Position numbers and translations under genes: made by a program | Source of the DNA: Schmidtea nova | Taxonomy: Eukaryota | Length of the DNA: 63,856 nt | Direction: 5' to 3' | Assembly: GCA_044892505.1 (NCBI GenBank) | Contig: CM097882.1 | Location: 167,586,001-167,649,856 of the forward strand | The notes under the pieces: generated by a model | Told to the model about the DNA's origin: nothing | Databases searched by the model: none | Seen by the model: the letters and a program-made list of their open reading frames with translations, nothing else | Shown: positions 38,401 to 50,000 of the stretch, piece after piece | Numbering within the stretch: the stretch's first letter is position 1 | How the letters are laid out: every line of letters starts with the position of its first letter

Positions 38401-41400
38401 TCAAATCTAGTGACACAAAGTTTATTAACCCTTTAAGCGCCATAAATACGTTAAGTCGTTCTGTATTTCCGTGCGCGCAACGCTATCCATACAAAATAAT
38501 CCCGTAAACTCGGTTCACTCTGTACTTATTTTCATTAACTAATATCGAGTGTTTTGTGTGACATAAAATGTTTAACACATCGTGACATCTCTTGAAAATT
38601 CCCAACCTGTAATGCACGACCGTACTAATTATTTGCGGTTAAATAAGTAAAAATACTTATTTATAAAATATTTACTTATGAAAATACAATCAAATTTATT
38701 ATTCTTTAATTTTGCATTCACGAGACTATTTTAACTGAATTCGTTATAAAATGAAGATAATATTGTTCTCTTAAATTAAGCGTGGTGGTCAGGAGAAAAA
38801 AATAGAAAGCAATTTCTAAATATCCTGTTGTGCTACCTTCTATTATTGTCTATAATTCTTTATCTGTCCTTGTTGGTCCAGAATAGGGGTTTTAATTATT
38901 TTTAAGTGTTAATATTAATGCTTTAACTTTTATTAGTTTTATAGAATATTTTAAAATTGACATTCAATTGTTTTCATTAGTTTTAGGAAGCAACATTAAT
39001 CAACGTATCTTCTTGAACTCTGACAGAAACCTGTTTGTGGGTACTCATTAACACTAAAGGAAACTGCATAATTTTTCAAGATATTTTTAATGTGTTAGGG
39101 ATATACAAGTTTTCTCTCCATATGTTTCTTATTAAATAACTTCCATCCTGCAATATTGGAACTTGATTTTATAACACAATTTTCTTGATTTTGATTCACA
39201 AATAAGTGAAATAAGTCTTGAACACAGTCACTTTGAATAATTTTCAGAGAGGTAAATCTTTCTTTGAACAATTATCCTTTTAGTAAATGTAACAAAGAGT
39301 TAATATGACCCAATAAATTTCCCACCTTTCACTGACTAAAATTAAAGTATTTCGAAAAATGTCAATTTTAAATGACATCTCCAACTCTTAAATAGCAAAT
39401 TCACCAATCACTATGGATATATTTATCTTTTTTCTTTGGGTTTCCTTAATAAAACTAACAATTTTATAATAAAATCCATTCTAATTCTTTGCTTGTCATT
39501 TTTTAATCTCTTGTCAACAATTAAATTTTATTTTCTACCTCGCATTGACTGATGTTTTAAATTAATTTTTAATTTATTATTTAATATTTATACATTTGTG
39601 CCTCATAAGGTCCACATCAATTTAAAATTGTTTGATACAAATTTAGATTATCAATTACTGCTTGTTTCCACCCCCACTCCGAAACATGTTCACTTTTTCG
39701 CTTGTAATTCAGTTTATTTTAATTTTTATGTAAATAATTATGTATTATGTTTAAACTTAATAGGTGACATGGATTTCACACTAGCCCTTAGTTAAATTAA
39801 AAATAAAAAAAATGTAATGACCGACAGTAATTACTAATACCATCATATTTGGTATGTTTGATTTTTTTCCGGCTTCCAAAACATCTCCATTAAAATTTTG
39901 GACGTTGAAATTTAGGACGTTGAAATTAAGCAGCTAAAATTAAACGATTTTGATGCTTCTCATTGTGCCAATATTTTCATATTATCAATTGTAATTTAAG
40001 ATCCATTTTTCATCATACCTGACTATGCGATGCAAAAATGGTTCAACTTCATTTAATTGAGCATGGTTAATGTACGCTTATAGACGTCTTAATTTATGAC
40101 AATCTTTTAAGTCATGGTGAATTCATTTTAAGTTTTTCGCTTGCCTATGAGTTGCAAATGGTTTGCAATGGTTTGATGTGAAACAATAAATGCAGCATTG
40201 GAGTTCTTGATTCATTTTCCAGAGTGGGCTATAAATCTTGATCGTCAATTAAAGTGTCAGTCGATCTTTCTTGATCTTCAAAGCTAAAACTATTACTAGA
40301 AAGATGTTGAAACCAGAATCTGACTGTTCGTTCGATAACATAAGCATCAGGAAATTTAGAATTTATATTCCTCTCCACTTCAGCACTGTTGTGGGCCAAT
40401 TTAAACTCGTACCAAAATAAAAGTCGAAAATCGTCCATGTTTAACTAAGTAAAAATAAATTGTAAAACAACATTACGACAAAAAATTGTTTTATAATAAG
40501 TTGCATACTTGGAAATTTACCGAGAACTATACGTAATGGGTGTGGAAAAAACGCCACAACTGTGAAGACTACAACGTAATCGGCAACTTCATACTTTATA
40601 ACCTAATATTTATAATATTTTATAAAGCTTGATTTGCATAACAAATTTCAAAAAAAATTACGAATTAATTTAGAGGAAAAAATTGATTATCTTTGAAATA
40701 ATAATTTCATTCGTCTCATTCTTTTAATAAATAATAGAATAAATGTAAATTATTGTTCACTATTTCAATTAGTTTGTTTTCATTTTATTTTATTATGCAA
40801 ATTTCATTTAATTGAAAAATCTTAACAATTGTGATATCTTTGTGTCAGTATCAATTTAAATTCAGTTTTCATTTGTATGGGTTATAAAATTTTGTCGTTT
40901 TCCTATTCTATTAAATGAGATCTTGTGGATTTCAATCTAATTTAAATGATCAGGATATCGATATCACAGAATTTTAGCTAAATTAATTTAGAGGTCTGTN
41001 NNNNNNNNNNNNNNNNNNNNNNNNNNNNNNNNNNNNNNNNNNNNNNNNNNNNNNNNNNNNNNNNNNNNNNNNNNNNNNNNNNNNNNNNNNNNNNNNNNNN
41101 NNNNNNNNNNNNNNNNNNNNNNNNNNNNNNNNNNNNNNNNNNNNNNNNNNNNNNNNNNNNNNNNNNNNNNNNNNNNNNNNNNNNNNNNNNNNNNNNNNNN
41201 NNNNNNNNNNNNNNNNNNNNNCGATTGATTTCTTTATTTTTACGAAGCTTCTTTTACTCATAGCTTTTAGTTTCCAACTTTTTTCCACCGACCGCAACAG
41301 CTCGATGACTAGCTACAAATCCACTGGGATCGGTTTTGAATAACAGTGGCTTATCCATCTCCTTATCACAAGAAAATGCGATTATTGAACAGCCTAATGG

Positions 41401-44400
41401 CATCATTGCAGCTGATTGAATGTACAATTGATTAATATCGGCAATACATCGACAAGTCATGTCACAGGACAGTTCGCATTTAAATCGTGCAGCTTCCATT
41501 TGTGCACGGCATACTTGCGATCCGCAATCAGGAATCATTCCGGTCCTAACGCAACCGGTACTTTCAGTTATGTTAAATAATATTGTAGCTGAGATCTTTT
41601 CATTCATATTATCTGGGACTTTTCTTTGTGTAGCAACTACACCACAATCATTATCTCGAACACCAACAGAAATTAATCCATCTAACGCAATCGCTTTAAA
41701 TGCATAGTCGTCCTGAAATAATCTGCCTTCGGGTGAAAAAATTGTCATATTACGATCAAAGGCACTTGAATTCAAGAACATAACGGAAGTCCAAATTCCA
41801 ATGTTTATTTCCTAAATAAATCCCAAACGAAACAAAATCAAAATCCAAATCGCATTAATTAATTCCAATAGTTCGAAATCAAAAAGTACACATTAATTCA
41901 TAAATTCACTGACACAGTAAGCAAAAATTCAAATAGTCCCAATTACCAAACTTTATTCCATTTACAATGCCATTAGCTTCCAAATTAATTCAACGAAAAG
42001 CTAAATAACTCCACTCAGAAAAAAATTTAAAATCCGCCCTAAATAAATCAATTAATTAATTCAGTTAAACAACTCAATCAGAAAAAAATGTTTTTAATTA
42101 AGTTCCAAAATTCCACCCATTTATCCAATTTTTCACACCCAATAATTCCCTTTTTAAATTAACATACCCAAAATAATTACAATTAAACTCAATAAACAAA
42201 ATCCAAATCCATCTCAAAATAAATCAATTAAATCCGTCAAACAAATCGTTAACTATCTTTCGTTCCATAATTTATCTAAAAATCTCATTCTTTCTGGGAG
42301 TTCTCTATTCCATGAATCATAATCATACAATCCGAGTTAAATTATTGATTGGCGATATTTTGACGCTGTCGTAATTAAAGGTACGAGTGCACATAACAAG
42401 CGGCTGCTTCGTGGATATAATAAAGCATACTCTAAGTCTTCAAAGGGGATGTGAGACAATTTCAGATGCTCTTCCAGCATCAGATACAATCCCAAACCTT
42501 GGAATGCTGCACTGATGAATTGTACTAATTGGATAAGCTCGGTGCAATTATTCAGTGTTTGATAATCAATTTCTGAGACGTTTCCTAGAAACCATTCATC
42601 GAATGTTCGGATAAATTGCTGATGTCGGCTTTTGTCTTGCCATTTTCGAAATTTTATAACTAAAAAATCGATCGGATCCTGCTGGAATTCAGTGTTGTCG
42701 GAAAACATTGAGGAAATAGTTCCGAATTTCTCCATTTCATCTAACATTGCTTTGATTGATGTTACCAATCGGATGTCGGTACTAAATGCTCGGTCTGTAC
42801 ACCGACGCTGCAGCATTCCGCTTTCCGCTATTTCCTGATATTTAGTTGCCAATTTGCCCATTTTTGAATCACAGCCAAAATATCGATGACAATTAAATAG
42901 CATAAGACGAAAATCACACATAAACTCCTTGATATCGAGATAATCTGCACTTTCCATTTTATCCTGCATTTCATTGAGACATATTGGTTCTTTGACAATG
43001 CTTGTATAATCATTTAGATGGAGCTTTTTTGGATCAATTGGGTTTAAAAATGGACGAGTAATAATTGAATAACTACTAGACATGATGCTTGTTAGGATAT
43101 TGCGAGCACAATTCGTTTCAATCGACGAATTCATCATAAATTAATTAGAGTTAGTGATAAGACCTTCTAACGGCTTCCAGGCTCGTCCTACAATCTCTCA
43201 CAGCGATCAAGCACCCAATTAATTATTTTAATTATTATTTTAATTATTTAAATTTTTATTACTCTTTTTATTATAAATATTAATATTCTTATCATTATTC
43301 TTATTATTTTATTTATTTCAGGCTGAATCACAAACTAGATGTCAAACAATGTTGACCTTGCAACATGTTGTGATTGGACTAGGTTCAGCTGGCATTGGTT
43401 GTCATAAAGAAATCTTAAAGGTTACCAGATCTTGTCTTCTTGATCGATCAATGATTGTTAGAAGTGTGGCTTGCAAAGTAAGATATTTTTTGTATTTATT
43501 ATTTAATTGTTTTTGATATTATATGCAGTTATATTAATTTAATTTAAACATTATATTTAAAACCCTTTTTATTTTTAGTTTACAAAATATTTGGGATATT
43601 AAATATAGTAATTTTTCGAGCTAAACTAACATGCGTCATGATTTGAGTTGGAAAATCCCGACTTCGGCTTGTAAAAATAACGATTGAAAATAAATTATGT
43701 TTCACTATTGATTCGGAAATCTGATAGTATACACATGTAATTGTGTAGATATATAATATCACTATTTATGGTGTATGATTCATTTCCGCAGTATTAGAAG
43801 ATCTAGGATAGGATATAGAATTTAGCATAAAACTTGTTTGTCTTCTAAGGTTTTCAATGGAAACATTGGCTTTATTGGCCATCTTTTTAAGATCGAAATA
43901 AACATTGACGAGAAAGGCTAAACATTTTCAACTTTATTATTATATAGTAATAACGCAAAAANNNNNNNNNNNNNNNNNNNNNNNNNNNNNNNNNNNNNNN
44001 NNNNNNNNNNNNNNNNNNNNNNNNNNNNNNNNNNNNNNNNNNNNNNNNNNNNNNNNNNNNNNNNNNNNNNNNNNNNNNNNNNNNNNNNNNNNNNNNNNNN
44101 NNNNNNNNNNNNNNNNNNNNNNNNNNNNNNNNNNNNNNNNNNNNNNNNNNNNNNNNNNNNNNNNNNNNNNNNNNNNNNNNNNNNNNNNNNNNNNNNNNNN
44201 NNNNNNNNNNNNNNNNNNNNNNNNNNNNNNNNNNNNNNNNNNNNNNNNNNNNNNNNNNNNNNNNNNNNNNNNNNNNNNNNNNNNNNNNNNNNNNNNNNNN
44301 NNNNNNNNNNNNNNNNNNNNNNNNNNNNNNNNNNNNNNNNNNNTAAATTGAAATTCTAATTGTAAATTACAATTTAAAGTTTAAAATATCACTTATTTTA

Positions 44401-47027
44401 ATTTTTTATTGTAATATTTATAAGATTTCCACTTTTATTTTGATTTTGAATTGCAAATTCAATCATCAAGGATTTACTAATTTGACTGTTATCATCAATT
44501 TTTTATAATATTTTAATAATTTTAAGTTAAATAGAGATATTAGAATGGCTATACCAAGTGAGCTTTAACTGACTATAACTTATTTATACTATTTCCATTC
44601 CATTGATAATTCAGAATATCTATCGAACAAATATTGAATAATTAATTATTGCTGCTACCAAGGAATCACCATTTTATACTATCAGACAAATAATTCGGCA
44701 CAACTTGTTCAGGTCTTAGTTACCTCTCTATTGAACAACATAAACTAATTTATCATGGGTAAACTAATTTGATTGAAATCACTATCTGCAAAGCTTTATA
44801 AGCAATCATTTAATTTGTAAACAAAAATTTACTAAAGCCTTTATTAGAAAGTTTAATAACAATATACTTGTTGGTGAAATTCCTTGATGAATTATTATAA
44901 CAAATAGTGGGGAGACTGTTGGATTATCATGCTTAGAAAATTATAGTGGTTATCGTTGCAAACGGAAAGTTGTCAAATGAATATATTGCTGTTAGTACCT
45001 ATTCTAATTTAAAAGCTTTAGAAACAAAGTTAATCTAAAGTTTCAGCATATTATTAGGTCGAACTCGTAAATTTCGAATATCTGCATGGTTATATTTTTG
45101 GTCTAATTATAAATTAATATTATGTAAAATAATTCTAAAAATAATTTTGTTTTTATTTTTATGATGTTCGACAGACACCTAATCTCTGCTCATATTACAC
45201 TAGTATGCTCTATCATTTCATTTGATAAATTCTAATACTCAGAGACAACTTTTCTAATGAGTATTTTTTTAAATATAAAAATAATACTTTTTTATTTATT
45301 TTTTCTGAAAAAAAGAAACCACTAATTAATTTGATTTTTAAGCTAATTAGTTCATAATAATACTATATAAAACTTTTCATTTACTCTGTCCGTTGTATTT
45401 TTTTCGATGTGAAACGATACTGAATATGAAACTGAAATATTGTTGAGAACTTTAACAAGACAAGAAGATAAGTCTTAGCTCAACATGGTACGCTAATATA
45501 TTTTTGAAGCAGAAATACGGAAAAGGAAAGGGAAGAGTAAAATTCGAATTTCAAATAACATTATGTTATTGAATATAGAAGTTAATTATAAAGCTTTTCT
45601 TATTAAACAATTTACACTAGATCAATATTTCTCTTTTTAATAAAAGTGCTTCAGGCAATTTAGAAGACAAATATCTAAAAGTAAATTTCTACTTATCTCA
45701 AGGAATTATTATTTCAGTAGATGGTGAGTCCTGAAATAAAAATTAGTTAAAGGTTTGGTTTATAAATTAAATATTAAAAAGAATTATATAAATTTGGGGT
45801 TTTATTTAAATATTTTAAAATTAAGTGGGGTTTTGATAAATTTAGACGTGGTTAGTTTAAATTATCAAAATTTTTCGAAAATTCAAAATTAATTAAAATG
45901 AAGCTAAATGGATCGATATATTTTGAGCCAACAAATTACTTTATATTATATCAACGTATAACCAACTGCGATTATCGATCAAATTTAGAACATAAGTTCA
46001 AGTTGAATTTCAATGATAAACCAGGTGTCATAAATTCTGGAATCATTTGTACCAAGAATGAATGTTGTTCGTTTGAATTTCAGAAATGGAAACTATGAAT
46101 ATCACGAGAAACAATTAAATAAGTGAGATAAACAGTTGGCCTTTTCAAAGTTTGAATTTCAAACCGTCATTCCATGCAATTGCTAAAGCTCTCGGTACTA
46201 AGGGACCAGAAATAAGAACTGGCCGCGTGAATATCAGTCCAACCGGGAAGTGATACCGTGTAAGGGATTGACAATTAAAACAATTGTGGGTAATATATAT
46301 TCTGAGCAATGCAATATCAGTCAATTGTGGATGAAATATAATAATATCATAATATGAAATGGACGTAAATAATAGGATTTATATTGATAATGGAATAATT
46401 AATTTAGTTGTAATAGAAAAAGCAGCGATTTTTAACGTGTGAAGTAGAAAACTGGATTCAAAAAATGAGTCAATCTTCCTGAAGCTAAAGTAAATCTACC
46501 AGCAGTTTCTGAGAAAGATAAAGATTTACATTTCGGTGTAAAATATAATGACAACTTAGGGTTTGCTTCTTTCATCACATCAGGTATCGCTAGAAAAGAT
46601 ATAAAGACTTTTCTCAGGGAAGATGGAACGCAAATTTTTATATCAAAAATTGAAAATCTCGAAGTCGTTTAAGAGTATAGCTATAATCTTGAAATTCAAT
46701 ATGGCCGTGGTTGCAATTGCTACAAAATTGCATCCGAGAAAATTAATTCTGTTATTAATATAAAATGTGCCAACTTGAGATTTTGCCTTCTGCATAGAAT
46801 AGAGTTATATCAATTAGATGAATGATTTAAAAATTATACAAGTACGTGATGAAAGTCGACTTTAGAAAATTTCTCTTTTCCGTTGTAAACTAAAGTCCTA
46901 AACAAGTCTTTTTGACAAATGAGAAATCAGTTACTAAAAGAAGGGAAAATGCTTTTTTAAAAAAGACCTAAAGCTCTAAGATTTTTACATTCTTATATGC
47001 ACAGAGTTGCTAAATAATATTAAAAAT

Positions 47028-47066
<39 letters not shown>

Positions 47067-50000
47067 GTAAAGGCAACGCAATTATTTAGAAAAAATATTT
47101 CGTGATTTTATAAAACTAACTCTATTTGCACTGAAGGGTTATTTTTATAAGACTCTTCAAAAATTATACTCTGATAACGTATTCCGTCATCTCGATGTTT
47201 ATTTTATCAATACAAAATGAAACAGCAGTCTATTATATTAAATATTTTCCATATAATTATATTTTCAAACATTTATGAAAAATTATTCCGAGGTTAAAAA
47301 GTTCATTACGAATAGTAAATGAACAAAATCTGTTTTTTAATAAAGTTTTAAAAGTTATTTAACAGTCATTCTGAGTATGGGGTCAAAAATGACACCAAAG
47401 TAAATAAAGGATTTTTAAATATTTGATTACACATAATAAACAGAAAAATTTAATTGAAATTTAGTTATCGTTTTTTAAGTTAATAAGAATAAATTTGATA
47501 TAAGGTTGAAATTATTAACATAAAATTAGACTTTTTCATTTTTGGAATTGGGTCAAAAATGATCCACACTCATTTTTAGGTAAAAAAAATAAAACTCAGT
47601 ATGAGTGTTAATAGTATTTTAAGTCGATATCAGATTTAGAAAGAAGATTTTATCTTGAATTTTTTTTAATTTTTTAAATATTATTTTCCCAATTAAAAAC
47701 TTTAACATGTCGAAAACAATTAAGTCTAATTTGTATTTAAAAATTTTCTCATTCTATCGTTTTGGAAAAAATTTTAATTAAATTTTATCATTTGACTTTG
47801 GAAATAATTTTGATTAACTTTTTAATTACTGAACTCATAAAATTAATTTCATTTCTTGTCAATTTTCTCAAAAATCTCTGTTTTATTTCATAAATAAATG
47901 ATACTAAAATTCAAAATCAGCCTCACTCATATTTTGATATTTCAATAAAATATTTCTCTTGGAAGTGGAAATCAATTTGTTAGGTATTTTTATGAAATTG
48001 ATGACAAATAATAATTTTCACCCAATGAAATTTTAAAAAAATTTAACACAGATGCCAGACAAATGAACCGTGAGTTGCACGAAAAAAATATTCTAATTTA
48101 ATTTCTTCTTGATGAATGAATGACATAATTTTCAAATTAAATTTTACAATAATAATAAAAAAAATAATTTTTTTTTAAATTCAGTGTTTATTTTCGTTGG
48201 TCGATAATTCACCAACACTCTACACGCTAGAAATCGACAATATCATGTCAATGTGTTTCAAAGCTCTTGAAGATTCGAATTATGATGTGCGTTGTGAAAT
48301 GGCTAAAGTGCTTGGCTATCTGTTTTCAAAATCACTAACTTCAACATCGGGTATTTTTTTTAAAATATATTTACCAATTATTTAATTTTGAATTTCTCGT
48401 ATCGTATTTGGTACAATAATTTTTCAGTCATATTTATTCAAGTAAAACGTGTATGGCATCACTCATAGTTTGCATATGTTAATTTTGTTCGAATTATTTA
48501 AATAGGCATTTTTATTTTGAATTTAGAAATATTGTTATTGAAATTATTNNNNNNNNNNNNNNNNNNNNNNNNNNNNNNNNNNNNNNNNNNNNNNNNNNNN
48601 NNNNNNNNNNNNNNNNNNNNNNNNNNNNNNNNNNNNNNNNNNNNNNNNNNNNNNNNNNNNNNNNNNNNNNNNNNNNNNNNNNNNNNNNNNNNNNNNNNNN
48701 NNNNNNNNNNNNNNNNNNNNNNNNNNNNNNNNNNNNNNNNNNNNNNNNNNNNNNNNNNNNNNNNNNNNNNNNNNNNNNTTTTATTATTATTATCAATAAT
48801 TCTCATAATGACTATAGATCAAAATTTTTTTTTTATAAACAATAACACAATATTTCGGCACAGCCTTTATCAAGTGTGTATTTCTATCGTTATATTTACT
48901 TAATCCTAAATAGTAGCCTTAATTATTTTTTTAATATTTTATAATGATTTTATTGGATGAAAAAATTTATTTTAATTTTTTTGTGCAAATTGAATGTTGA
49001 TGGACGGTTTGTATTTTTTTTTATAAAAAATTTTTTTTATAAAAACTTTTTTCATAAAAAAATACAAACCGTCCATCAACATTCAATTCGCACAAAAAAA
49101 TTAAAATAATTTTTTTCATCCAATAAAATCATTATAAAATATTAAAAAAATAATTAAGGCTACTATTTAGGATTAAGTAAATATAACGATAGAAATACAC
49201 ACTTGATAAAGGCTGTGCCGAAATATTGTGTTATTGTTTATAAAAAAAAATTTTGATCTATAGTNNNNNNNNNNNNNNNNNNNNNNNNNNNNNNNNNNNN
49301 NNNNNNNNNNNNNNNNNNNNNNNNNNNNNNNNNNNNNNNNNNNNNNNNNNNNNNNNNNNNNNNNNNNNNNNNNNNNNNNNNNNNNNNNNNNNNNNNNNNN
49401 NNNNNNNNNNNNNNNNNNNNNNNNNNNNNNNNNNNNNNNNNNNNNNNNNNNNNNNNNNNNNNNNNNNNNNNNNNNNNNNNNNNNNNNNNNNNNNNNNNNN
49501 NNNNNNNNNNNNNNNNNNNNNNNNNNNNNNNNNNNNNNNNNNNNNNNNNNNNNNNNNNNNNNNNNNNNNNNNNNNNNNNNNNNNNNNNNNNNNNNNNNNN
49601 NNNNNNNNNNNNNNNNNNNNNNNNNNNNNNNNNNNNNNNNNNNNNNNNNNNNNNNNNNNNNNNNNNNNNNNNNNNNAGCATAAAGTATTAAATTAATTAA
49701 TAAATAAGTAACAAAATAAGCCTTTGCTGCAAAAATAATTTTATTAAGTGAGAATATTATTTTTGCAACAAAGGCTTATTTTGTTACTTGTTTATTAATT
49801 AATTAATTATTATTATTATTATTATTATTGTTATTAATTTTGTTTTTTATTATTGATTAGGCGTTCAAGGTTCGACTAAACCTGTGAAACAATTCACAAT
49901 CGATGATGTTTTCACTATGCTGGGTCAAGGTTTTACTAGAAGTTCTAGTAGTATATTTAAAACAACTGTCAGTGATTCAGTGAAGAATGGAAATTCTCTC

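Noticed and set aside
41790-42250. Mitochondrial insertion (NUMT), suggested by G/T skew
   Set aside because: No recognisable mitochondrial protein, tRNA or rRNA motif on reading either strand.
43135-43174. SL RNA gene
   Set aside because: The leader is followed by coding ATG AAT rather than a GT donor, intron and Sm site, so it is a processed mRNA copy.
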